A DNA stretch of 64,000 bases from Psammoneis japonica (GCA_008632985.1 QPGO01000087.1:124001-188000), one strand, 5' to 3'. Counted from the first letter of the stretch, positions 10,706 to 24,036 are shown. Made by a program: numbers and translations. The notes: generated by a model from the sequence alone, not told the origin.

Positions 10706-13700
10706 ATGGTGTGAGCACCATGGACTGTCGTCAGGTGCTGTCAATGGAAATGTGGGCAAGGGGAGGGAAACCAATTGAGCAGGAGAGGATTCCATGTCCT
10801 CTGTGCAACAACTGACAAACAACAAGGCAATTGGCTGAGCTCAATGCAGAGTTCCTCTTGGACTCCTTAACATCAACCATGTGAGAGCTTTTTTGCAGGA
10901 GCAGTGTGGCACCCTCCCACCATCACATGCTGGTGCTGTCCCACGGCCTTGTCTTGAGGAAGCAGTGTCAGCTGCTTAAAAGATGAAATGAAATGGTCCA
11001 AAGGGTTGCAGCCAGCTCCATGCTCCTTGTCAGAGTTGCACAAAGATCCCAAAACATGCTCAATTGAGCAGGTCATGCCACTTCTGGCAGGAGAGCAATG
11101 GCAATGGGGTCAAAAAAGGGCAGTGCACACAGCACGGAAGTCATGAAGATTGGCCCTTCAACCACCATGCCTCCACTTGAGGATTTGTGACATGTCATGC
11201 ACTCACACAAAAATGCAATGAACACAGCACAAAAATGTCACATCATGTGCAATCCAAGCAAAATGTGTCACATGATGCATTTGCTCATTGCAAGCAAATC
11301 TCCACTGGTGGAGATTTGCTCCAAGGGTGTGGCATCTCCAGCATGCAAAACACCCAGGTGGCAAATGTTGACATTGAACTTTCTTAATTGCAAGAATGGT
11401 CCCCCAGAGCTTTTGGCAGCGAGTGTGCACTCCAAAACAAAATCGCATGAATTCTTTGTTGTGCCCACATTTGAGAACATTTTTAACTGTTTGTGACACA
11501 AGTGAGCAAATCTCCACCCATTTGCTCAAGTCCAGTGGTTGAAGGGTCAACGACAAATCAATCAACAACAAAACACATCAGAAGTGAAATGGTGCAAGGT
11601 GCCATGCTTGTTGATGTGTTGACTGTGGCAACTGCAATGTGTCCACCTTCTCTGTGACAGAGGGAAGGCACAAGGAAACAGGCCAAAGTGTTTTGCTGTT
11701 TTGAATTCTGATGACCCCATCCCAGAAATCAGATCCCATGCAGGGTGCGTTCTGCATTTGAGAAAGAGATGGGTGGCTGCATTCCACATCTTGGCTCTTG
11801 GTGCAAGTGTCCCATTGCAGATGGTTGCTCCCATTCCCTGGCTTTTCTCAGAGGTCCAATCTGTTTGGCACAAGTGCACACAGAATGAACCACAGACACA
11901 CTTGCCAAAGCAATGCTGGAGTCCATTTAGCCACATCAGTTGCATCCCACCATCCCTTTTGAGGAAGGAGCTTTTGAGTCTGGCAAAGCAGAAAAGGAGG
12001 TGAAAGCTGAGGGAAGAGTGGCTCTGGCATTCTTTGAGACACATGGTTCCAGAGAAAGGCATCACAAACATGAAAAATTGAGATGGCAGCTCAAAATGAA
12101 GCCAACAATGGAACTCTAACAATGCAAACATGTGCTGACACAGAGGGAGTGGTTGCAAAGGGCAGAAAGAGGGCCAAACTGACAGAGACAGAGCAAGACT
12201 TTGCTCTCATTGGGTGACATTGGACAAGACAAGAGCCATGAACAAGCGGGGGCTTGAAGGCAAGGGTGGGCTGGCAAACGAGTCTCTTGACTCAAAGCAT
12301 GAGCAAGTGGAGATGCTGGAGTGCTTGCACTGAGAAGTGAAGGCAGGAAACCTGCCAAGGATGCTCCTCTCTCACTGCACTGAAGTTGCAAAGCCTTGCC
12401 ATGATTGTTTGTTGAAGCAGCTGACGCATGTGACAAACCTGTCCACAATCTGCCAAAAGGACCTTCTGCTGAAAATTGAAGAAGATAACCAAGTGTGTGG
12501 GGACAAGAATTTCAACAACACAATTTGCTTGTGTCCCAATGGCAATGAGATGATCTGCCTGAAACACCTTGTTGGGAAGCACTGCGACATTGCTGAGGCA
12601 GGTGAGGATGAAGAAGGGATCAAGTTGCTTTGATGGTCAAGCAATGCATGTGTTCAAGATGTTGCACCCAGTTTTCATTTCCCATGTCTGCATCATGCCA
12701 TCAACTGCTTGCAAGGGCTTGCAAATCTCTGTGCTCCACACCATGCCCCGGATCCAAAAAATCTGCACCTGGCTGACAGATCTCACTTTGAAAAAACTGA
12801 AGAAAAGAAGACAGCTGCTTGAAAGAGAAAGGAAACAGCTTGGGACAACAGAGCACAGAAGAAAGCTGTGGATCTGCAAAAAATTGCAGAGGGAAAAGAG
12901 TCTGGCTGACTGCCGCTGACAGTTTGTGTTGCGTGCACTTGCTTCATCTTCAACCAGCACCAGCGTGGCATGTTTGCAAACAAATTGTGGTCAGTGTCAA
13001 CCATTCCCCCCACAACTCTGTCAATCTGATCTCAGGCTGCCGTCTAAAGTGGAGACCTGTGTGCTCAAATGCCAAACCAGTTTGAGCTGACTGCATCATA
13101 AAAAGGCTGTGCCACTCGAATCGGTTTTCTTGCTGCACAGCAAGTGATCAACAGCAGTGCAGACTCAGGCGGTGTCTGCCACAAATGTTTTGCCATCAAC
13201 CATCAACAATCACTGCAATTCTTTCACACCTCTTTGAACTTTCCAGGCATGGTCACTGAGACACATGTTGCACATTGAGGTGGATCGCTGGTGCCAAAAT
13301 GAGGCATGTTGTCACACAATGCAACATCCGCTGGCATGCAATCTAGCATCAAGTCTAAATCAAGCATTGACACGCAGAGCCCAACTTGTTTAAGACAAGG
13401 CATCCACTTCTGTGCCACTCCTGGAAACCAACTGTTGCCATCACGATGCCAAATTGATCCCAATGTTGCAACCCAATGACCTTGATGATGCATCATCATC
13501 ATGCATGTGAGAGCCTCTCCCTCCTTGACAAAGTGCTCCTTTCCCTTTCCACACTTTTCCTCTGCATCAGGAAACCAAACTTTTGTGATGTGGCACATGG
13601 CTTTTTTAACCCTGCACCCCAGAGATGTTTTGCCCTTTTGCCACAGATTTCATGCCACTTGCTGCTTGTCAGGTTCTCCCAGCTCAGTCCACCCATCTCT

Positions 13701-14604
13701 GCAATCTCATCTTCCTGCACCATGCATTCTTTCAATTGTTTGGCCTTGTCTTTCAGCTGTGCTTTTGGTTCATTGGCAGCACAGGATGCACCGTGAAACA
13801 ATCATTTCACTCTCTCAAGCTCATCTCTTGACCAAACATTCTCTCCTTTCCCACTTTGTCTGGATCAAATGCACATGCCTTTGTGCTGCCACTGCTTTTT
13901 GGATGATTGGTTGCAGAAAAGGCAAGTCCCTTGCATCACCATCATCATCAAGGTGCAACTCAATGGGATCCAATGATGCACAGGCTGACTCAGCATTGCA
14001 AAAGCAATTGACCTTCATGCAGCAGGTCAGCACTGGGTGGTGTGCAGTCTTGTCATCTTTGTTCTGATCCTCAATGTTGCTCCAGTGGAAGTCAAGCAAT
14101 TCCACTGTCTCAGAATCCACATTCTCCAAAGGAACCCTGTTGTCATTCTTTAAATGAAAGGATTGAAGTGGGTTGAGCCAATGCATTTGCAGTTGCCGGG
14201 AGATTCAGGCAGTGTGCAAGAGTTCCCAAAAAGGTGATGGCAGGACACCTCCATCATGCTGTTGCTCTTCACATTGCTGCTTCCATGCAGCCTCCTCTTG
14301 CTGGCACAATGAAGGTGACAACAACTGCACCTCTTTTGATCACGAGCATCAACAAAGTCCTTCATGCTTTGTTTGCATTCCTCTTTGTCACGGCAGATGC
14401 ACGGGTGCAGTCAGACACCATTGCAATGGTTCCTCTGAGAGGATCACACTTGCGCTTGGGTGAGGGTGTGGATGATTCATCTTTCATCATCACCAGAGGC
14501 AGAGGAACACCAAAGCCAACAGACACACCAGTGACGTGTTCCAGCCGCACGTGACCCAAATCGTGCACAAAAACGACATTTGCGCGATTTTTGCGCGGTC
14601 TCTG

Positions 14605-15060
14605 ACTTACGAACGGTTTTTCACCACCAAAAGTATAGATTTATTCAAATTCTAATGTTTTGCAACACTAACAAGACTCGTGTGAGTGTTGCAAAATCAT
14701 TGTTATCGTGCCATCAATGTTTTTCATTGCGATAAACGAATCGTAACACAACGGATGATTTTCGGCGAAATTATTGCCGTTATTTGGATGTTAACTAAAT
14801 ATATCTTTCTACGATGGTTTTTAGTATATTTGCTACTTACAAAGAAATTTACGTATAAAGAGTACGGACGTACAATCATCATTGAGTCTACTGAGGAAGT
14901 TTATGATACATGTCCCATGAGGAATTTGATACCCACAAAAAACTATTTAATTCTTCATAATTATTCATACTCTAGACGCCTATAAAAGCCAATCCGTTTA
15001 AGTATTTTATATGAAAATACTGCTTACACTAATATATACATACCTTATATTCAAAATCGA
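14605..15060. other. AT-rich, TpA-rich island between two TpA-depleted blocks, with a 16-bp-arm inverted repeat
   Basis: About 22-32% GC in sampled 60-mers; about 50 TpA in ~450 bp; arms TTTTGCAACACTAACA (14658-14673) and TGTGAGTGTTGCAAAA (14681-14696). Confidence 0.75.
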
Positions 15061-15921
15061 TTGTCGTTTTGTGTGTCACCTGGGACTGGAACACGTCCAG
15101 TGGTGACAGGCTGCTGTTGATGGCAATCAAGATGTGTGTCTTTGAGAGGGGTGTGATGGCCGAGCTGCAATGGGAGCTGAAGAGAAGAAAAACAGACTGG
15201 TGCTGATGCTTCTTCAGCCCATGGAAAGCACACAATGGATGATGTGACTCATCCAATGCAAGGCTCCCAGTGTCTGTTGTTAAGAGTGCAAGTGTTGTTG
15301 GGGAGAGCAAGCATCTTGTTGAGCAGCAGCAGCAACATGAAAAGAGGAAGTCATCAGAGGCCATGGTTTTGATGTGGTGAAAACATTCTGGCTCATCACA
15401 GTGGCCAAAAAGAGTCCACACCCCCACCTGGAAGGCAACAGGCAACCACACCCATGGGTCTGTGCAGGAAAGGTTTGGCGGCATTTTTCTCCTGCAGAGT
15501 TTTGGCACACTTGCCAGCACCATGACCAGTGGCTTTGTCCCACACTGTGTCAATTCAAAAAAAGAGGCACTGTTAAGTTGGAAAGAGCCATGCATTGAAA
15601 CCAATTCTTCAGCATCAGGCATGGTGGGTGCTTGGCAACAAGAGTGTGTTCTTGACTGAGTGCAAGCAAAAAGTGAGCATCTGCAGTGATGCAAAACATC
15701 TGTCAGCTTGTTGATTGGCTCTTTCTGTTTCATGATGTCATCATGACAAATGCCTCCAAATTAACTAATTTTGTTGCTGTTTTTGTGCTTGTTGAGAAAA
15801 ATTGTCATCAAGCAATGTGCCACAGACCCAGTGATGTGGCTCTGCTTCTACAAAATTGACATCTTGATGAACCAGCATGATGCCCAACTTTTTTCACACA
15901 TTTGACACACACACACACACA

Positions 15922-15956
<35 letters not shown>

Positions 15957-17230
15957 CAAACAACAAGTGAGGTGAAGCCTGCTCATGATGGCAACCATGG
16001 GCTTGTGTGCACACCAACATTTTCAAGCCAAAACAAGATGTTCACAAACAATCTGTGCTTTTCTCCACAAGCGTTGCACCGCTTTTGCAAATGAGGAATT
16101 CCACAAGTCCCAGAAGACAGCTGCAAACTTGCAATGGTGCCCACCATGGGCCACAACATCACAGATGGCAAGTTGCTGTCCAGCTTGTTGTGACTTGGTG
16201 TGCCACAATTTTTTGGTGAAATGGTGCAGCTGACAAGCTTTTTGTCATTTTGCAAAGTGATTTGCATTGCCAACCATGGCACTGCTCCAACAGTGGTTCA
16301 CTCAAGAGATCATCAATGAGCTGCTCTAGCTGGGCATTGCACTGCAGCAGCATGGGTGGGCTCTGGCTGGCCCAGATGTTGCTCCACTTTCCGGCCATTT
16401 TTACAGCTCAGCCAGCATGGGGTGGGTGTGCCAGGAGTGTGGGTGCTGGTGTCTCCTGTTGTTGGAGTTGCCACATTGCCAGCAATTTCACAGCAGTGCC
16501 AAAACAACTTGTTTTTGCTCCAGCTGTGATGGGCTGAGCAGCACTGCATCAAGAGCAATGAAAATGTCCCAACAAAAGATGTGACCACAACTGTGCAGCT
16601 GGCAACATCACTCTTTTTTGACTGGATCTGCCATCTCTGGGCCTTTGTTGTGCTGTGTTCAATGCTGGACTGCAGTGTGGGTGGAAAGATTTCTTCTGAT
16701 GCTGCGCTGTGCCAAGTAACAGTCATCCATGTTCATGTGAACCTTTCAGCACATGCTCTGTGGCAGCCACATGTTGCAGATGTTTTTTGCTCAATGAGCT
16801 CCATCTTTGGGTGGGACCTCATGGCACCATTCTTTGGGCTCCTTGTGGGCACACACACAGCTCATGAGCTTGCAATGGACCATGATGAGAAGAACGGCAT
16901 CAGGGGGAAGGCTCAAAACCAGCACAGAGTTGCACCAAAGGAACAGCTTTTGCCACTTTCCCTGGTGTTGGATGCACTGTTTTGTGCACCCACCATCATG
17001 ACACCCATCTGCACATGCAGGAAGAAGGGCTGTGCGCTGGTGCTCTTCTCTTTAATTTTGGAGGTTGACAGGTTTTACTGCCCATTGGCACTGCATGTTA
17101 TCTTCATGATGCAAAGCGTTCATTGGTGTTGTGCCTTTGTTGTGCCATTCTTCTCGTTGCTGGCAGCAGCACTGTCAGGACACCTTTTGCCCACCCGTCT
17201 GTTCTGACAATGCCCCAAGTGCACGCCAGC
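15060..17230. other. TpA- and CpG-depleted degenerate block B (unidentified remnant)
   Basis: Very few TA or CG; Cys/His-rich spurious ORFs. Confidence 0.8.
15905..15952. repeat. Compound microsatellite (AC)n(TC)n
   Basis: An (AC) run followed directly by a (TC) run. Confidence 0.95.
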
Positions 17231-17430
17231 CACAAGTTCAATGTAGTTGATCAACAGCCTGAACAACCAAAGGACGTTCAACGACGGGTACCGCATTGCT
17301 CATCATGTAGATTCAAGGCGTCATTAGACAGAAATGTCATATAAATAAAGTCTATAGGGATAGAGTGATAGAGGTCCGACCAACAACAGAAGGCACATTA
17401 AGAGCTGCGTTCCCTTCAAAATGAGATCTA

Positions 17431-19070
17431 TTATGATAGATTTGCTTCCTTCAGTGTAGATATCCTGTCGCGTAGAATAGCTGAAACCTTGTCAATTGTC
17501 TTTTTCCGGCATCGGAACCACGACCTACGCGATGTGTAATTGTCGGTAACGTCTTCAATGACAGGAATACCTTCTCCATTGTGCTGATTCTCGTCAAAAG
17601 GATACGCATAAAAGGCAAAAACAGCTTTTAGCCTCCTGCCCCATTCTTGGTAGAGTAGGTTCTTGTTCACCGCGGCCTCGCATGGGTCAAGGTGTAGCCA
17701 TCGTCGGTTGGTGATGTTTCCTTGTGCCGCACCGTCATCCCATTGAACTTCTGACCAGACGTGGCCATTCCCGCAATCACACAGATATCGGCATGTATGA
17801 CCAAGAGCCTGTAGCATTCTTATCAGGAGCAAGTTGTATTCGCCACACCGACCGCGTCGGCTTCCGCATATGGACGTTGCCGAATTGAACCGAGGGAACC
17901 TTGTAACGGACCCGCACGTTGCGCATCTAAAGAACTCGACTTGCGAGGCTTTTCCAGCATTCATTTCCTCGCTGTTGGGACATGATACTCCCAGGAATGT
18001 ATACCGCGTTTCTTCCAGAGATGGTGAAGACGCACCACAAGCATCACATTTGTCATAGTAATACGGGAATGTAGATCGAAACCAATCAAGAAAGTCTTGC
18101 AATATCTTTTGATTGGGGCAACAAAGGAGTGAGTGCTCCACCACTCAACACCATCCTTGTGTAGATTCATGACGTACCTTCAGTTTCACATCATCACACT
18201 CTTGATTCCAGGCGGTTGCTTCGAGTTGTGTGATATTTGGTCCATATTCGGTGTGAAGAAATGTCATCAGCTGGCTGTGATCCTGGTCGTCTTCCAACTC
18301 ATCCTTTAGTATTCCGATGTATAGGTCACAACAAGAGACCATAATTTCCTTGAGATTGCTGTTGCCAACAAGGGGGCGGCCGCGTATCAGACGTCCTTCT
18401 AGCCATAATGCCTTCAGCTTCTTCTGGTTTGCTCGTAATCTCCGAAAATAGAGCCGAGTTTTGATTACGTCGTCTTTTACACAATTCACGTCTCCAAGAT
18501 GATATCCAACCCAGGTGCGAAAGTTCTGCATGGAAACATCTAGTCCATAGAGTGGATCCAGATGATGGATACAGTTTTCGGTGGCATTCTCTACGGCCGT
18601 GCTGGGATCATAAACGTGGAGGATCGAAATCTTTGATGCCAACTTGCTCATAGACATCGCTATTGTGCCCACTGCAAAAGGTAACAAGTCGTACAACTTG
18701 ATCTTATCGGCCACAAAAAGAATTTTTCCTGAGAAGCAACCAGATAGCAATAAAGCCCGACTCACACTAGCATACTCACTTTGTCCAACAAAGATGCAGC
18801 AACGGAAATCAAACCCGAGAAAAGAGATTCATCGCCGCCGTCCCCACCACCAGGGTTTCCGTCGCCTCCACGAAATTGCAGGAACAATGGAAGCGTTTCT
18901 TTCGCCGGACGTGGACTTCCGCTGTGATTCTGAAAAATGACTCGTGAAGGTTCCCGGCGTTGGGGAGAAAGTGTAGCGAGATTCCTCGGCAAGAAACTTT
19001 GCCGAGCCCACGCACCAGAAGGATTGACTACAACCCAGAGAGCAACAAGGCCTTTCTTCATCGCCACCAT
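17431..19070 (-). CDS. PNG1: Peptide:N-glycanase (PNGase, transglutaminase-like core), multi-exon, with N-terminal presequence
   Basis: Zinc CxxC pairs (CDAC, CATC), RFPRFN, catalytic RRGRCGE, HVWSEV, WLHLDPCEA; probable introns near 18.78 kb and 18.17 kb; hydrophobic N-terminus MKKGLVALWVVVNPSGAWA. Confidence 0.8.
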
Positions 19071-19714
19071 TTTCAGCAAGCAAGGACTGAACTCGTCTCT
19101 CCAAAATGCTTGACTATTACGGTGGGAAGCGGGAACACAAAAATCCGAGATAGCGTGGTGGCAAAGGTTATTTTCACTCGGTCTCTCCATTTTCCGTTTG
19201 CCGTCACAAAGAATGCGCGCCAACAGAAGCAAGCATCGTCACAATTTGACATCAATTCGTCCTTTCCAACCCAGTGTCAAGGCCAACAATCCCATAAGAG
19301 AGTTGCTTGAATGATCTCAAATGGGTGTTCGTGAACGAACGGCATTTTTCCCATTTCCTCGCGCGAGTACGCGTGGCGAAAACGTTTAAATCGGATCAAA
19401 ATAATAAATACTGTAAACAAATCAAAGGGGTTTATCGTATTCTTGCCGAAACGGCGAAAAATATACTGAACGGCCCATTTGGACAGCATGCCAGTGACTA
19501 ATGCACCTTTGTGCACTTTAGCCAACAACTTTAGCACAAAACAAATCTTCAAATCCATTTTTCTTCTTTTATTGCTTCTGTGTTTTTGTTACGGTCGAAA
19601 GATGACGAGGCGTCTCGATTTGGTGCACTACTGAAAGATTGAAGTTCCTCTACCGCACTGCTCTACAGTAGAGAGAGAAGGAAGTAAGGAAGAAAGGAAG
19701 AACTGGAAATCGAA

Positions 19715-22700
19715 ATGTCGTCTCCGCTTCAGAAACAGTCAACCGCGGCAGCAGCCATACGATTGCCTCCGTCACCAGAACATGGGTCCATACCTGCCAT
19801 GTCACTGCCTCCGCCTCTTGTGGAAAATCGTGTTCGCTTTCGTGCAGCGGCTCAATACTCGACGTTTGCACCGCAAACCCTCGCAACCACCACACGCTTG
19901 TTTGGGTCTGATACTTCTAGTAAGAGACCGCAGCCATGCATGACGGCACTAGCAGGACCTCATGGAATTGTAGTTTTTGACACAAGTCAACCACACAAGG
20001 CTCGCATGGTGCTAAGGCATGAGGTTCAGCAGCAGGACGGCTATTCCTGGACAGCCCTTGAGTTTCAGCCACAAACAACAAACGAGAGTTCTTTGCTGCT
20101 GGCGGGTAGTCGAGGAACAGGTGTTTTGATATGGGACGTGGGCGGTCAGAGTCTGAGTCCTCTGTTGGGACGGTTGGGACCAACCACTCGATCGTCCGAT
20201 TTTGAGAACCGAACCGTGGTTGACCTGAGTTGGAAACCATCTGGCAACGCGTTGGCGACTTGTACCGCGACGGGTGCATCCTTGTGGGATTTACGTTCCT
20301 CGACGATATCGACAAACTGTAGACCATCCTTGCGGTTTGGGTCTTCGTCAATTCGGTCTCCAGCAAATGTTCAGATTGCCTATGGCTCAGGAGATTCACA
20401 GGATCACGTGGCTCTCATGGATTCCGGCGGTACTGTACGGATTTTTGATGTTCGAATGATTCGAAACAATTCAAATGGAGCAACGTGTGCGTTTACAGCT
20501 CATGCACACACCGGTGTTGGATTGTCTTGGATGCCTCCATGTGAAAAAACAGACAGCGGATGCTGGCTTTCGTGGGGATTAGAGGACCATGTCACGACTA
20601 CCGTCAAACTGTGGAAACCCAAGAGTCACGAAGCACCTTTAGAAAGCAAGGTAACTGCCACCGATTCGGATTCGTATTGGTTTATGGATGGATCGTCGGA
20701 ACGATCTCCTTCTTCTCCTCTTCCCAAGGCTCCGTTGCCAGAGTATCAGTTAGCAGCGAGCATGACTGTGGAGGGTTTGGCATGTGCTCGAGTTTGTCCA
20801 AATCCTATGAAGCAGAGTATTGTAACGGTTTCTTCTTCGTGCGACCATAAAGACAAGGTTTCGTGGCAAGCAGAGCTCTGGAGCATTTCCAGCACTGCTT
20901 CTCCACAATTGGCAGTTGAGAGAAAGGGTACCACCGATTCGCTCCAAGGAGAGACCAAAACCTATGGGCTCTCAAAGATGGCATCTTTTGCTATTGATGA
21001 CGAGCATGATGCGTTGTTCCGGACAGTTGTTGGTAAGCTGCATCAAGGAAGAACTGGTGTGGGGTCTTTTCTGGCTGCGGAACTTGCTTTGATACCAGAA
21101 AAGGTTCAACGCGCATCGGAACTGGTTTTGTGCTGTTTGACAGAAAATGGTTACATTGTTTCGTACGCCATTCACGAAGCGGAAGAGTTGTTACCTAACG
21201 AGAGTCGCGGGTCTCTTAAAGGCACCGGATCATTTCCCATCATTTATAAAGACGGATCTCCAATACGTCGCGCTTTGCAAATGGTGCGATTGTCCCGAGA
21301 AGGTAGCAGTGGAGTTGGAACTGGCAGTATCGTCCAGCTACCTTTGTTTCGTGGGGTGTATCAGGAAGGGGCGCCAGGACAGGTGGCAACTGAGGACGCC
21401 GCTTCAGCCATGAACAATATGACTGACGGTGATACGACATGGGGAGAGAAGATGTCTAGAAGAATGAGTGGAGACGAGCCGACAGAGATAAAGCCTTTTG
21501 CGTCTCTTGTTGACGGTAGCAGTGTGACACCTCTATCTCCGCAGGAGCAGCAAATGTTGCTTGACCGAAATCTCTCTGCAGGAATCATCGCCCCTCCTCT
21601 TTCTCAATCAAAGGAAGAAGATCCTCTTTCAAGAATTGCCCTTGGAGTTGAGGGAGGAATCATGCAATTCGAAATGGAAATCGGCGGTGGGTTCGGGTCA
21701 GGCAGTGATGAGGCGCATCAGGTAACCATTGAAGTCGACGCTCCTACCACCGAAAAGATCGACGACCAAAGTAATACGCCTGATGATTCCCCTCCAATAC
21801 GTGCGCAGACAGAAAAAGTCCCCTGCCCACGACTTTGTGGTGCGGTATTTGGTAGCCGTGGTCTCGTGTGCTTTCATAACGGGGAGGTACGCAAAATGTG
21901 GTCGTGGTATGCCGAGCAACAGGAGCCGTCTTCTAAACGTTCTCAACTGATTGAGCCAAAATCCGGCGATTCGTTTGGTAATGAATTTGCCATAGATGTT
22001 GATCGCTTTGGTGCTTCTCAGAGCACGAACATGGACAAGGCGGAAAGACAAAAGTTTCCCAGGACTCTCAAGGAGTTGAACAGTAAGTTCGAGATATATG
22101 GCGGGATGCTGCCATCGTTTTGAGAAGTTTGTCACCATGTACCGCTTATCGTGAGTCGTTTCATTACTTTCAATTACTTTGATCATTTTGAAACAGATAT
22201 GACGACCGCGGCAAAAGAAGCGGAATGGGGAAATGAGGCAGATGGGCACGATGACAGTAGCGACAGTTCAGTGGAAGACATTTTTCTTGATGGTGACAGC
22301 TCCGTGGGTTCATCTGACTCAGAAGATTTTCTGTTCGTACGTGCACCTCTCTCGGCACCACTTAGCCCCGGCAATTCCTCGACTGGAGGCAACACAGCAA
22401 CGAGCTCGTCTCAGGTCGCTGGATCTGTCATTGGAAGTAGGGCTTCATCGGGTAGAAAACCTCGTGAGTCAAACTCTAGAGTTGGTCCCTCTTCAGAACT
22501 CCTTACCCCTGTGGTTCGAGTTACAAATGAGTATGATGATGTCGTGCTGAATGGCCAGTCCCCGGAGCTTGCTGAAGCGTGGATCTTGGGAGATTGTAGC
22601 GCCGAAAAGAAAGCAGAGTACGAAAGCGTACCTCCCTCAGAAAACGGGGATGATCCAGCTGCGCTTTCATGGATTAGGGGCTCCCACCACTCTGGTGAGT

Positions 22701-24036
22701 TTTTTTGTTTTCTTAAGTCGTCGGCTCTTCGTCACGACCTCTCTGTTTCTCACCTTTCGGGCTTATACACCAGAGTCAAGCCATCGTACTTTCACCTCCC
22801 AAGGTTCATACTCAGGTTCGCCGATTGCGCAGGTAAAGTCGGACACAGCTCTTGGAAGGGTGGATCCAGAGGCAAAGAATCGCGACAGCGCGACGGCCGC
22901 CTTGAATTCTCAAGACGACAAGACGATGCACGGCGGAGTCAACCAATCAGATGTAAGACCAAACAGAAAGGAGTCTATGGTATTTCTAAGAAAGTTGTTT
23001 ACATATCAAAGAGGAGGGGGTGGCGTTTATCCTGCGCTTGTATCCTCATTTCCTGATTCAGCGATGTGTAAGTGATTTGTTGAACCGGCCTTGGTTTTGA
23101 CAGACGTTTACTGAGTTCGTTTCTGATTTTCAATTTGAAGTGCCAAAGAGTCTCTCGCCTTCGAGTGTAAAAAGATCCGCGTCTTCGAATGCAATCTTAC
23201 AGACACTTGGAGCCGAAGCGCCGGTAGTAAAGACAAAGAAGGCGAAGGAGGCTTCCGTCGATGTGCCATCCCGCAAGTTTGGTGTTTACTTTGAGCCAAT
23301 TTCATATCCCCAAAAAGGCGCATTAGACGATAATCGTTCCTTGCTACGCACAATGGATGTTTGTCTCCAGAATGCAAGTACAAGTCATAGACTCGGTCAA
23401 CCCGACAAGGCACATGTGTGGTCGCTTGTCGCGCAGATTGTGGACAATATTCTTGAAGACGACATTGATGCATTCAATGGGTGGAGCGGTAGCGGAGCTT
23501 TGGGACAACAATTCATTTCAAATATTCTCAGGCATTATGAGGTACAGGGCGACGTCCAAATGCTAGCATCCATTGTCTGTGTACTGGGCCGAGAGTCATC
23601 GCTGCTACAACCGATGCAGGAGGAGAAGTACGATAATTACATTCGTCGCTACGCAGAGTTGCTGTTTGGGTGGCGACTTTTGACTGCGCGAGCAGAAGTG
23701 AACAAGCACCTTGCATGTAGGTCCTCGGGGAAGGAGAGCGAAGAGAAAATGGACGAAATGGAAAATGATCGGTCCTTTGTGCCACTATGCTCCCGATGTG
23801 GGGGAGAGGCACAGCCAGACAAGAACATATGTTCCCATTGTGGTGACTACGCGTTTCGTTGTTCCATTTGCACTAACGCCGTCAAGGGACTGTTTACATT
23901 TTGCATTTTGTGCGGCCACGGCGGACATATAGAGCATATCGTACCGTGGTTTGAAACGCACGTCGCCTGTCCTTCAGGTTGTGGATGTGAATGTCTGTTC
24001 GACACACTCCCACCAGAGGCGAGAGGCAGTCGTTGA
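19715..24036 (+). CDS. WDR59: GATOR2/SEA complex WD40 protein WDR59 (Sea3)-like, about 4 exons
   Basis: N-terminal WD-like repeats, VPCPRLCGAVFG, GDVQMLA, YAELLFGW..RAEV, C-terminal RING-like CSICTNAVKGLFTFCILCGHGGH...CPSGCGCEC; GT-AG introns near 22.08, 22.7 and 23.07 kb. Confidence 0.8.

Larger units (their letters stand above)
1760..14600. other. TpA-depleted repeat/heterochromatin-like block A (degenerate unidentified sequence with a nested Copia element)
   Basis: TpA nearly absent (about 14 in 10706-14560 by hand count); TGC/GCA/TGT/ACA excess; overlapping Cys/His-rich, Tyr-poor ORFs in all frames. Confidence 0.9.

Noticed and set aside
14686..14985. 99-aa ORF in the AT-rich island
   Set aside because: Non-ATG start, composition unlike host genes, and no recognisable motif.
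1760..17230. Many overlapping Cys/His-rich ORFs in all six frames, resembling novel metal-binding proteins
   Set aside because: They are a by-product of TpA loss, which removes TAA/TAG stops and turns Tyr codons into Cys/His.
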